36,715 nucleotides of DNA from assembly GCA_034659355.1 (NCBI GenBank), contig JAYEHC010000055.1, forward strand, positions 1-36,715, read 5' to 3'. This document shows, piece after piece, positions 18,067-26,373 of this stretch. Position 1 is the first letter of the stretch. Each line of letters starts with the position of its first letter. The notes beneath the pieces were generated by a model, which was not told where the DNA came from, made no database searches, and was given only the letters and a program-made list of their open reading frames with translations. Position numbers and translations under genes: made by a program. The DNA comes from Patescibacteria group bacterium (GTDB lineage: Bacteria > Patescibacteriota > Minisyncoccia > JAHIHE01 > JAGLIN01).

Positions 18067-18115
18067 TGGACAATTTTGGTAGTCCGTTGACAGAATTGTC
18101 CAGATGGTGTATATT
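18067..18115 (+). promoter_or_regulatory. Promoter of ATPase 2 with overlapping inverted-repeat operator
   Basis: TTGACA (18087)-17 bp-TATATT (18110). TGGACAATT (18067-75) / AATTGTCCA (18094-102) flank the -35. Confidence 0.65.
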
Positions 18116-18121
18116 GACATT

Positions 18122-19303
18122 ATGATTAAAAGAAATATTACCAAAAAAATATTGGCATATTATAAGCAATATCCAATTATATCATTGACTGGTCCGAGAC
18201 AGTCCGGAAAAACTACATTAGTGAAAAAGATTTTTCCAAAAAAGCCGTATGTTAATCTTGAAGATTTGGAGAATAGAGAATTCGCGCTGAATGATCCGAA
18301 AGGGTTTTTGTCACAATACGAAAACGGCGCGATTATTGACGAAGTTCAAAGAGTTCCTGAGATAATATCGTATCTTCAAGTCACGGTGGACGAGAAAAAG
18401 AAAAATGGTCTGTTCGTTTTAACAGGATCACAGAATTTTCTTCTGATGGAAAGTATTGGGCAATCGCTGGCGGGACGAACGGCAATTTTTAAGTTGTTTC
18501 CTTTTTCTTCGTCTGAATTATTTTCAGCAAAAGCAAAATTCAATAAAACTAAAATAGATGACTTGTTATTTAAAGGATTTTATCCGAAATTGTTTGATAA
18601 GAAAGTTGATACTGTCGGCTACTATACAAATTATATCCAAACTTATGTGGAACGGGATGTGCGCTTGATAAAAAATATTTCCAATTTGAGCATATTCAAA
18701 AAGTTTTTAAATTTGTGCGCCGCAAGAACAGGTCAGCTGTTAAATATTTCCTCATTAGCTGAAGATTGCGGTATAAACCAAAAAACAGCGCAATCTTGGC
18801 TGTCAGTTTTGGAAGCAAGTTTTATTATTTATTTATTGCGCCCGCATTATAAAAATTATAATAAGCGCGTCATCAAGATGCCGAAAATTTATTTTTACGA
18901 TACTGGTCTTTTGTGTTCATTGCTTGGATTAACAGACAAAAAACAGCTTAAAAATCATTATTTAAAAGGAAGTATTTTTGAATCTTTTGTAATTTCAGAA
19001 TTTATTAAATATAAATATAATCAAGGAGCAGAACCAAATGTTTATTTTTGGAGAGACAAAATTGGAAATGAGATTGATCTTCTAATTGAAACGCCAAATA
19101 AAATAATACCAATTGAAATAAAATCAGGGCAGACAATTAATAGTAATTATTTTAAAGGATTGAAATATTATAATAATTTATCGCAAGGCAGCGGCAAAAA
19201 TTCTTATGTTGTCTATGGCGGTAATTTAAAACAGTTAAGAAGCGAAGCGAATGTTTTGGGCTGGGAGTATTTATATAATAATATTGATAAAATATTAAAA
19301 TAA
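18122..19303 (+). CDS. AAA_14 + DUF4143 ATPase/PD-(D/E)xK nuclease-like protein
   Basis: GPRQSGKTT, IIDEVQ, LTGS, KMPKIYFYDTGL, EIDLLI...PIEIKS. Start MIKR preferred because 18104 lies inside the promoter. Confidence 0.92.
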   Translation: MIKRNITKKILAYYKQYPIISLTGPRQSGKTTLVKKIFPKKPYVNLEDLENREFALNDPKGFLSQYENGAIIDEVQRVPEIISYLQVTVDEKKKNGLFVLTGSQNFLLMESIGQSLAGRTAIFKLFPFSSSELFSAKAKFNKTKIDDLLFKGFYPKLFDKKVDTVGYYTNYIQTYVERDVRLIKNISNLSIFKKFLNLCAARTGQLLNISSLAEDCGINQKTAQSWLSVLEASFIIYLLRPHYKNYNKRVIKMPKIYFYDTGLLCSLLGLTDKKQLKNHYLKGSIFESFVISEFIKYKYNQGAEPNVYFWRDKIGNEIDLLIETPNKIIPIEIKSGQTINSNYFKGLKYYNNLSQGSGKNSYVVYGGNLKQLRSEANVLGWEYLYNNIDKILK

Positions 19304-19371
19304 TTAATAGTATTTCTTTAACATCTGATACGGTTTTGAAAACGATGATTTATTTGGGGAAGAATAAGTAG
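19302..19371 (+). repeat. Duplicated 3' end of ppsA (att-like direct repeat)
   Basis: 64/70 identical to 17421-17490. Reads INSISLTSDTVLKTMIYLGKNK* versus ppsA IDSISLTSDTVLKTMIYLGKKR*. Confidence 0.95.
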
Positions 19372-19419
19372 CTTTTTAGGTTGTAGCTTCTTAGCTTTTT
19401 AGGTTGTGGATTTTCTTAG

Positions 19420-19453
19420 GCTGGCTCCATAGTCCCGATAGGGCTGTGGAGCC
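19420..19453 (+). repeat. REP-like hairpin D, left boundary of cassette 2
   Basis: GCTGGCTCCATAGTCCCGATAGGGCTGTGGAGCC. Confidence 0.8.
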
Positions 19454-19489
19454 GTGATGCGAAATGTTAAATATTGATTTAAGTTCTCT

Positions 19490-19762
19490 ATGGATTATTG
19501 TCTCGCTATAATTCTTATTGCTATTCCCGTAACATTGGTTACTGTTGTTATTTTTGTCGAGATTAGTAGAATTGAAAAACAAATAAATAAGTTGCATAAG
19601 GAAAAAAGAGAGAAAATAAGAGATGCAAAAGATCCTCGTAGCAGTTTATGTTATGACATGAGATTTTTAGATAATGAAATAGAGGATTATGACTTGCAAA
19701 TTGAAGGATTAGAGAAAAAAAGAAGATTTCTTTTAGACAAAATACCATTTTTAAAGAAGTAA
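19490..19762 (+). CDS. Small single-TM coiled-coil protein (paralog of 17621..17911)
   Basis: Shared N- and C-terminal motifs, divergent middle. Confidence 0.8.
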   Translation: MDYCLAIILIAIPVTLVTVVIFVEISRIEKQINKLHKEKREKIRDAKDPRSSLCYDMRFLDNEIEDYDLQIEGLEKKRRFLLDKIPFLKK

Positions 19763-19766
19763 AAAT

Positions 19767-20042
19767 ATGTTTGATATAAAAATAGGAATCGAAAAATTTT
19801 TAATACAGTTATTAGCTATAATAAGGAAATCATGGAATGGGAAAGATTTAAAATTTAGAAATAATGCTTGTTGGAAAAAAAATAAAGAAGTGCCATTTTG
19901 CCAAGTATGTTTTGATAATGAAGGGAAACTAAATCCTCTTCAATCTATTGCTGGATTTGATTGGGATTATGAGTGCAAGAATTGTAAAGAACATTTTTAT
20001 GTAAGTAAAAAAGGACCAAAAGTAGAAGTTAATCGCAGGTAA
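19767..20042 (+). CDS. Small putative zinc-ribbon protein
   Basis: CQVC...CKNC pairs; starts 4 bp after the preceding stop. Confidence 0.7.
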   Translation: MFDIKIGIEKFLIQLLAIIRKSWNGKDLKFRNNACWKKNKEVPFCQVCFDNEGKLNPLQSIAGFDWDYECKNCKEHFYVSKKGPKVEVNRR

Positions 20043-20070
20043 TTTATTAAATATAGAAAGGGATAAAATT

Positions 20071-20235
20071 ATGGAAAAGAAAAAAGAAAATTTTACTGAT
20101 GCGATAATTTGTATTTTAGTAATGTTTTTAATTATTTGGGTTTTAACTGTTTTAGATAAAAAGGTTGATAAAAGTGGTCCAACTCCATATCGTCCTATTG
20201 AAGATGAAGGTCATTTAAGATGGGCTGATGGATAA
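20071..20235 (+). CDS. 54-aa single-TM protein (not in the ORF track)
   Basis: MEKKKENFTDAIICILVMFLIIWVLTVLDKKVDKSGPTPYRPIEDEGHLRWADG*; GAAAGGGA upstream. Confidence 0.6.
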   Translation: MEKKKENFTDAIICILVMFLIIWVLTVLDKKVDKSGPTPYRPIEDEGHLRWADG

Positions 20236-20276
20236 AACAAAATATAATACCATCACATAATAAAGTCCCGCATTAA

Positions 20277-20309
20277 AATTCCACAGTCCTACGAGATTAT
20301 GGAACTGAC
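20277..20309 (-). repeat. Degenerate REP-like hairpin D, right boundary of cassette 2
   Basis: AATTCCACAGTCCTACGAGATTATGGAACTGAC, preceded by CGCATTAA as at about 17997. Confidence 0.7.
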
Positions 20310-20324
20310 ATTAACCGATATTAA

Positions 20325-20442
20325 AACACACCCCATCCGCTTCGCGAATTACCCTTCTCAAGAGGGGAATAAATTAAAATCGTTTCGCGAAGCGAACAAA
20401 TTCCCCTCTTGAGAGGGGTAATCCCGCAGGGATGGGGTGTGT
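20325..20442. repeat. Repeat family E inverted pair upstream of DUF559
   Basis: AACACACCCCATCC...CCCTTCTCAAGAGGGGA (20325-20368) and an inverted copy at 20400-20442. Confidence 0.85.
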
Positions 20443-20454
20443 AAAAACAATACT

Positions 20455-20820
20455 ATGCGCAAAATAATCCCCTATAACCCAAAACTAAAACAGCTCGCCA
20501 AAAACCTAAGAAATAATAGTACTTTATCAGAAGTATTGTTATGGCAACATCTAAAAAATAAAAAAATGAAAGGATATGATTTTCATCGCCAAAAACCAAT
20601 TGGAAATTATATCGTTGATTTTTTCTGTAATGATCTAATGCTGGCAATTGAAATTGATGGTATCAGCCACAATGAAAGAATTGATAAAGACATAGAAAGA
20701 CAAAGGCAAATAGAAAGCTTCGGAATAAGTTTTTTGAGATTTGATGATCTTGATATAAAAAAGAATATTGTGGGAGTGATTGTGGCGATTGAGGGTTGGA
20801 TTAATAGAGATGGTTTATAA
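20455..20820 (+). CDS. DUF559 (Vsr-like) endonuclease domain protein
   Basis: AKNLRNNSTLSEVLLW, FHRQKPIGNYIVDF, LAIEIDGISH, LRF. Confidence 0.92.
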   Translation: MRKIIPYNPKLKQLAKNLRNNSTLSEVLLWQHLKNKKMKGYDFHRQKPIGNYIVDFFCNDLMLAIEIDGISHNERIDKDIERQRQIESFGISFLRFDDLDIKKNIVGVIVAIEGWINRDGL

Positions 20821-20829
20821 TACATTTAT

Positions 20830-20873
20830 AACACACCCCATCCGCTTCGCGAATTACCCCTCTCAAGAGGGGA
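20830..20873 (+). repeat. Repeat family E direct copy downstream of DUF559
   Basis: 43/44 identical to 20325-20368. Confidence 0.9.
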
Positions 20874-20929
20874 GTTTATTACATTACTCGTTGCGGAAAC
20901 TATTTTCTAAACAACTCCCAATATTCTCC

Positions 20930-21067
20930 CGCGGGAACGGATTTGTAATCCGTTTCTGATGTTTTGAAAAATAACAAGGCTTATGTTGTCGGTAAAATCT
21001 TATGATAAGAACAAAGACTGTTGATATTTAAAAACAAAGGGAACTGTTTACAAAACAGTTCCCGCGA
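20930..21067 (+). repeat. Repeat family C copy 3 (divergent spacer)
   Basis: CGCGGGAACGGATTTGTAATCCGTTTC ... GGGAACTGTTTACAAAACAGTTCCCGCG. Confidence 0.8.
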
Positions 21068-21130
21068 AAAAAATATAACTAACACGGTAAAATATCAAAC
21101 ACAAAAGTTTAATCCGATATTTTAATAACT

Positions 21131-22111
21131 ATGAAAAAACAGCAAACAATTTTTAGCGCGATTCAACCATCGGGAGAATTGCATCTTGGCAATTATCTTG
21201 GAGCTCTTCGGAATTTTTTGGAGTTGCAGGATAAGTATAATTGCTTTTTCTTTATTGCCGACTATCATTCAATTACGGAAAATTATGATCCGCGAGAAAA
21301 GCCAAAACAAATTTTTGATTTGGCGTTGGATTTTTTGGCGATTGGACTGGATCCCGAAAAATGCGCGCTTGCTGTCCAGTCGCAGGTCCCGGAACATTTG
21401 GAACTGGCTTGGATTTTTAATACCGTTACGCCGATTTCAGAATTGCAAAGAATGACGCAGTTCAAAGACAAAGCAAATCAGCAAAACAAGAATATTAATA
21501 TGGGACTTTTTGATTATCCGGTTTTGCAGGCCGCTGATATTTTAATATATAAAGCTGACGCTGTTCCGGTTGGCCAAGATCAACTTCAACATATTGAACT
21601 GACCAGAAAAATCGCGCGAATTTTTAATAATAAATTTGGCGCAACTTTTCCAGAGCCAAAAGATATCATTACCAAAACGCCAAAAATAATGTCACTCACA
21701 GATCCGACTAAAAAAATGAGCAAAAGCCACGGCGTAAAATCTTATCTTGGGATTAATGATCAGCCAGAGGTAATAAAAAAGAAAATAAGAAAGGCGGTCT
21801 CAACTACCGAATATAATAAAAATATTTATAGTTTCTACGCAACTTTATTAAAAGAATTCGGCACCGAAAAAAATAAAAAATATTTTGAAGAAAAACTTGA
21901 TGATCAAGATATAAAATTCTCCGAATTAAAAGACGCGCTGGCAGAAGATATCGCAAATTACTTCGCGCCTTTTAGAAAAAAGCGAAAAGAACTGGAAGCT
22001 AATCCAAACTATGTTAAAAAAGTTTTGAAAGAAGGCGCGGAAAAAGCAAGAGTGATTGCGCGAGAGACGATGAAAGAAGTGAAAGAGAAAATAGGATTAG
22101 TTTTGAAATAA
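21131..22111 (+). CDS. trpS: Tryptophan--tRNA ligase
   Basis: QPSGELHLGNY, YPVLQAADIL, VPVGQDQ, KMSKS. Confidence 0.98.
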   Translation: MKKQQTIFSAIQPSGELHLGNYLGALRNFLELQDKYNCFFFIADYHSITENYDPREKPKQIFDLALDFLAIGLDPEKCALAVQSQVPEHLELAWIFNTVTPISELQRMTQFKDKANQQNKNINMGLFDYPVLQAADILIYKADAVPVGQDQLQHIELTRKIARIFNNKFGATFPEPKDIITKTPKIMSLTDPTKKMSKSHGVKSYLGINDQPEVIKKKIRKAVSTTEYNKNIYSFYATLLKEFGTEKNKKYFEEKLDDQDIKFSELKDALAEDIANYFAPFRKKRKELEANPNYVKKVLKEGAEKARVIARETMKEVKEKIGLVLK

Positions 22112-22163
22112 AAAAAGCAGGACCGTATTTTTTCACAGTCCCAATTATTTTGTCTACTCTTTG

Positions 22164-22298
22164 TCACTTTCCATCGTCTAACCATGGAAAGTTTTTTCTT
22201 CTTTTAAGAGCATTCCTTATACAGTCCCATTTTTTGGGACAGTAAGAGCAATGAGGACTGTCCTCGTATGTGTTCTCATGTGTTTGTTTTTTTGTCAT
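22164..22298 (-). CDS. Putative 44-aa Cys-rich peptide
   Basis: MTKKQTHENTYEDSPHCSYCPKKWDCIRNALKRRKNFPWLDDGK*, with a strong SD (AAGGGAGGAG) 5 bp upstream. Confidence 0.4.
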   Translation of the reverse strand: MTKKQTHENTYEDSPHCSYCPKKWDCIRNALKRRKNFPWLDDGK

Positions 22299-22319
22299 CT
22301 TATCTCCTCCCTTGTTGAG

Positions 22320-22360
22320 GCATAAAAAAATACCCCGATTATCGGGATATTTTTTTATGC
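22320..22360. terminator. Bidirectional intrinsic-terminator-like hairpin
   Basis: GCATAAAAAAATACCCCGA-TTA-TCGGGATATTTTTTTATGC. Confidence 0.6.
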
Positions 22361-22627
22361 TTTAACGGGAAAAAAATGAATTTGAGAATGAAATGAAAAA
22401 TAAAAAACAAAGTTGTTAGCTGACAGGATAGTTGTATATGATTTAAAACCATTTATAATTCTTAGTAGCCATAATTTATGAATCTCTATGAATACTGCTT
22501 ATTCAATTGTTTCTATTTTTATTATTCCCTATTTTGAAAACAATGTCAATAGCACCTGTGCTTTTTTCTTGTTTTATTTAAAAATTGTGATAGAATGAAA
22601 GTAAGAAAGATTTTTAATAATAAGAAT

Positions 22628-22978
22628 ATGCTTGCAAAGCTAATCATCCAAATTTTAACAAACGCAGTCGCGATTTATGTTGCGGCTGAAGTAGTTTCCG
22701 GATTTACTTTAATGGATGATAGTTTTATGACCCTTGTGATGGCGGGGTTTATTCTCGGAATGATAAATTTTTTCGTAAGACCAATTTTAAAACTCATTTC
22801 CGCTCCGTTAATCCTTTTTACGCTCGGGCTCTTTACAATTGTGATAAATGTTGCTATGCTTCTTTTGCTGGATTACTTTATGGCTGATTTGGAAATTAAC
22901 GGTTTTTGGGCGGCGTTCTGGGCGATGATTGTAATCAGCGCGGTAAATATCTTCATCGGCGCATTTTCAAAAAAGTAG
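22628..22978 (+). CDS. YvlD / phage holin_4_2 family membrane protein
   Basis: INFFVRPILKLISAPLILFTLGLFTIVIN signature; four TM segments. Start could be 22595. Confidence 0.88.
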   Translation: MLAKLIIQILTNAVAIYVAAEVVSGFTLMDDSFMTLVMAGFILGMINFFVRPILKLISAPLILFTLGLFTIVINVAMLLLLDYFMADLEINGFWAAFWAMIVISAVNIFIGAFSKK

Positions 22979-22991
22979 CAAGCTTTTTATA

Positions 22992-23146
22992 TAGGCTCTG
23001 CTGACTTTCATCTATTTTTTATAGAAAGAGATAAACTTAAATATGCCTTAAAAAATAATTTAGCTTGTTTTAACTAATCCTGCCCGGAAATCCCCCTAGC
23101 CCCCTTTTACAAAGGGGGAACAATTGGAGAAAATCAGCAGAGCCTA
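22992..23146 (+). mobile_element. MITE family A copy 2
   Basis: TAGGCTCTGCTGA...TCAGCAGAGCCTA; internal CCCCCTAGCCCCCTTTTACAAAGGGGG hairpin. Confidence 0.85.
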
Positions 23147-23177
23147 TTTTCTACTTTCTAACTTACTACTTAATCTT

Positions 23178-23405
23178 ATGGACAAAACACTTGGCGCAAT
23201 TCAAATAATAATTTCGGTATTGTTAATTATTTCAATTCTTCTCCAAAACAGGGGCGCGGGACTTAGCGAGACATTTGGAGGCGGAGGCGGAGGCGGAAAT
23301 GTTTATCAGACAAAAAGAGGATTTGATAAATTTCTCTTTGCGGCGACAATTATTCTTGCAATACTATTTTTGGGTACGGCATTTTTTAGTTTTACGCAAC
23401 GGTAA
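23178..23405 (+). CDS. secG: Preprotein translocase subunit SecG
   Basis: ILLQNRGAGLSETFGG...TKRGFDKFL, two TM segments. The upstream extension in the ORF track derives from the MITE. Confidence 0.9.
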   Translation: MDKTLGAIQIIISVLLIISILLQNRGAGLSETFGGGGGGGNVYQTKRGFDKFLFAATIILAILFLGTAFFSFTQR

Positions 23406-23454
23406 AAACAATGCGATTAAGATTAGGAGAGCAGTCCTGTTTTAGTTGTAAAAC

Positions 23455-23629
23455 AGACCTCTTGCGTAATTACTTCCTACTGCAATTTTCATATTTTGGT
23501 CAAATTCCCCAAAAATTTTGTAGACACGCGATTAATCGCGTCTCTATTTAGGCTAACTTCAAAAATTATTTGAAAAATTTGCCTCAAAATATGAAAATCT
23601 TGTAACGAAATTAATTACGCAAGAGGTCT
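23455..23629 (+). mobile_element. MITE family B copy 1 (~175 bp)
   Basis: TIR AGACCTCTTGCGTAATTA...TAATTACGCAAGAGGTCT; central GTAGACACGCGATTAATCGCGTCTCTA palindrome. Confidence 0.88.
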
Positions 23630-23650
23630 ATTAAAAAATTAAACAATTTT

Positions 23651-25327
23651 CTGAAAAAATTAAAGAAAATTTTTCTTGCACTGGGAAAAAAGGGGCGTTG
23701 GATTATTTATATCTCGCTGTTTTTAATTATCAGCAGTTGTCTCTTTCTTGGTATTTCCCATTATTTCAAAAACACAAAAAAAGTTCCCGCCTATGAAGGA
23801 GAATATACAGAGGGAATGATTGGACAGCCAAGATTTATAAATCCGATTTTGTGTCAAACAAGCGATATTGACTCAGATTTGTCAGCGCTTGTTTATTCCG
23901 GATTATTGAAATTAAATCATCAAGGAGAGCTTGTTAACGACTTGGCGGAGAGCTATGAAATAAGCGAGGACAGACTAACTTATACTTTTCATATTAAAAA
24001 AGATGTTGTTTGGCATGACTGGGAAAAATTGTCTGCCGATGATATAGTTTTTACGATTAAAACAATTCAAAACGATGATTTTTATAGCCCTCTTCAGGCA
24101 AGCTGGAAAGGCGTTAAAGTTGAAAAAGTTGACGATCACACGGTTAGGTTTATTCTCAGAAATATCTACTCTCCGTTTTTAAATAATCTAACGGTAGGGA
24201 TACTTCCTAAGCATTTATGGGAAGCGTTTGGAGCGAATAATTTTCACCAGGCGGAATGCAACTTAATGCCGAAAGGAACCGGTCCCTATAAAATTGAACA
24301 ATTTGTCAAAGATAAAGACGGAAAAATAAGTTCCATTGAATTTTTAGCGAACGAAGATTATTATTCAAAAAAGCCCTTTATTAAAAAATTTACTTTTAAA
24401 TTTTTCAAAGACGAAAATGCAATGATTTCAGCTTTCAATCGTAAAGAATTAAAGGGAGTAAATTACCTTTCTCCTGAAAACAAAAAAAGGATTATTGATT
24501 TGGAGTCAGCGAATATTTATCGGCTCAATATGCCAAGATATTTTGCCGTGTTTTTTAATCAAACAAAAAACAAAGCGCTTTCAGATAAAACAGTGCGAAC
24601 CGCTCTTGCTTACGCTGTAAATAAAAATAAATTAGTGGAAGACATTCTTTATGGCGAAGGAAAACCAGTGGACACTCCTATTCCAGAGGGCATTCTTGGA
24701 TATAATTCAAATATCAAAATATACGATTACGCGCTGGAGCACGCTAATAATATTCTTGAAGCGGATGGTTGGGTTGATTCTGATAATGACGGCATAAGAG
24801 AAAAAGATGATATTAAAATTGAGTTCACCATAGTTTCGACCGACTGGCCGGAACTTTCAAAAACGGCAATATTGCTTCAGGAAATGTGGAGAGAAATAGG
24901 AGCCGATGTAAAAATAGAAAACATTCAAGAAAGCGAGCTTGAAAATGACTATATAAAACCGCGTGAATACGACACGCTTTTGTTCGGAGAGATTTTAAAT
25001 TACGATCCCGACCCATTCGCTTTTTGGCATTCTTCGCAGAAAAAAGAGTATGGATTGAATCTAGCTTTGTATGACAACGCGGAAGTTGATGAATTACTGG
25101 AAGAAGCAAGGCAAGAAACGGACCAAGCCATACGGGAAGAAAAATATAGAGAATTCCAAAAAATTATAGCAGAAGATGTCCCAGCCGTTTTTTTGTACAG
25201 CCCAAATTATTTGTATGTACACAGCAAGTCGGTGCAAGGAGTTGAATTAAGAAACATTGTTATTCCTTCAAACAGATTTAACGGTGTTGAAGAATGGTAT
25301 GTGAAGACGAAGAGGGTGTGGAAATAG
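23651..25327 (+). CDS. Peptide ABC transporter substrate-binding protein (SBP family 5, OppA-like) with N-terminal TM
   Basis: GQPRFINP, LAESYEISEDRLTYTF, SADDIVFT, GTGPY, VRTALAYAVN. The frame stays open upstream of ATG 23816 through a TM helix; start uncertain (CTG 23651 proposed). Confidence 0.85.
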   Translation: MKKLKKIFLALGKKGRWIIYISLFLIISSCLFLGISHYFKNTKKVPAYEGEYTEGMIGQPRFINPILCQTSDIDSDLSALVYSGLLKLNHQGELVNDLAESYEISEDRLTYTFHIKKDVVWHDWEKLSADDIVFTIKTIQNDDFYSPLQASWKGVKVEKVDDHTVRFILRNIYSPFLNNLTVGILPKHLWEAFGANNFHQAECNLMPKGTGPYKIEQFVKDKDGKISSIEFLANEDYYSKKPFIKKFTFKFFKDENAMISAFNRKELKGVNYLSPENKKRIIDLESANIYRLNMPRYFAVFFNQTKNKALSDKTVRTALAYAVNKNKLVEDILYGEGKPVDTPIPEGILGYNSNIKIYDYALEHANNILEADGWVDSDNDGIREKDDIKIEFTIVSTDWPELSKTAILLQEMWREIGADVKIENIQESELENDYIKPREYDTLLFGEILNYDPDPFAFWHSSQKKEYGLNLALYDNAEVDELLEEARQETDQAIREEKYREFQKIIAEDVPAVFLYSPNYLYVHSKSVQGVELRNIVIPSNRFNGVEEWYVKTKRVWK

Positions 25328-25332
25328 ATTGT

Positions 25333-25372
25333 TTAGCTTCTTAGCTTCTTAGCTTTTTAGATTTTTAGCTTT
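25333..25372 (+). repeat. Octamer tandem repeat TTAGCTTC/T
   Basis: About five units; similar tract at 19369-19420. Confidence 0.7.
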
Positions 25373-25401
25373 CCGTTTTACAATTTATTAATTTATTCAA
25401 A

Positions 25402-26169
25402 ATGTTCTACAAAAACTTTATTAAAAACCAAACCCCCGATATTCGCCATCTTTTTGATATGAGAGAAGTTGTTTTTGATCAAGAATGGTTGGAAAAACAA
25501 GAAGATATTGAATTGTATTATATGTATCGCGGAATGGGATTATCAGCGGAAGATAAAAAGAAAATTGAAATAGCGCGCTTGCGATATGATATTACAATTA
25601 TTCCGCCATTGATGCTAGGCAAAGAATTTAATAAAACTGCCGGACATTATCATTGCGAAGCGGCAACAGGAATTTCTTATCCGGAGATCTATGAAGTTTT
25701 ATTCGGTGAAGCGTATTATCTAATGCAACATTCAATTGAAAATAACTCTATTAAAGACGCTTATTTTGTTCGCGCTGTCGCTGGCGACAAAATAATTATT
25801 CCGCCAAATTATGGACATTTTACAATCAACGCTAGCGAGAAAGATTTAGTGATGGCAAATTGGGTCTGCCTTGATTGTATTTCGGATTACAGCGAAGTAA
25901 AGAAGAAGCGAGGCGCGTGTTATTTTGCTCTTGAAAATTTTACTAAAAATCCCCCTAGCTCCCTTTTACAAAAGGGAAACATAAAATGGCTTCCAAATAA
26001 AAACTATCGGGAGATTTCTAAGTTGAGAGAATTAAACCCGACTAATTTTTCTGAATTTGGATTAGAAAAAAATAAAGGAATGTATAAACTGGTTAATGAT
26101 TTGAACAAATTGGATTTTTTAGTCCGGCCAGAGGAATATAAAGATTTATGGGAGAGGGTTTTGGGATAA
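25402..26169 (+). CDS. Cupin-type (archaeal-like) glucose-6-phosphate isomerase family protein
   Basis: LRYDITIIPP, KTAGHYH, YPEIYEV, PPNYGHFTIN cupin metal motifs. Confidence 0.88.
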   Translation: MFYKNFIKNQTPDIRHLFDMREVVFDQEWLEKQEDIELYYMYRGMGLSAEDKKKIEIARLRYDITIIPPLMLGKEFNKTAGHYHCEAATGISYPEIYEVLFGEAYYLMQHSIENNSIKDAYFVRAVAGDKIIIPPNYGHFTINASEKDLVMANWVCLDCISDYSEVKKKRGACYFALENFTKNPPSSLLQKGNIKWLPNKNYREISKLRELNPTNFSEFGLEKNKGMYKLVNDLNKLDFLVRPEEYKDLWERVLG

Positions 26170-26316
26170 AAAAAGTATTTACTTTTTTGGCAAATATACG
26201 AAAATAGTAAAGAAAAAGATGGAAACGACAGAAAAATTAAAAATCTTGACAAACCATAGTTTTTTAAATCAAGTAATAAAAAAATGCGGTTAAATTTATA
26301 AAAAGGTAATTTTTAC

Positions 26317-26345
26317 TTGACAAGTCCAAAAATATCTGATAATAT
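26317..26345 (+). promoter_or_regulatory. Promoter of ATPase 3
   Basis: TTGACA-17 bp-TAATAT. Confidence 0.6.
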
Positions 26346-26373
26346 TGATTTAGCAATCCAATATTATCTATTT

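Noticed and set aside
17421-19371. Diversity-generating retroelement TR/VR pair
   Set aside because: No reverse transcriptase in the window, not all mismatches fall on adenines of one copy, and the target would be ppsA.
17548-20873. CRISPR array or integron attC array
   Set aside because: Repeats are irregularly spaced and inverted; no cas or intI genes; no clear RYYYAAC/GTTRRRY boxes.
22628-22978. Prophage, suggested by the holin-family gene
   Set aside because: YvlD-type genes are ordinary chromosomal genes; no other phage genes are present.
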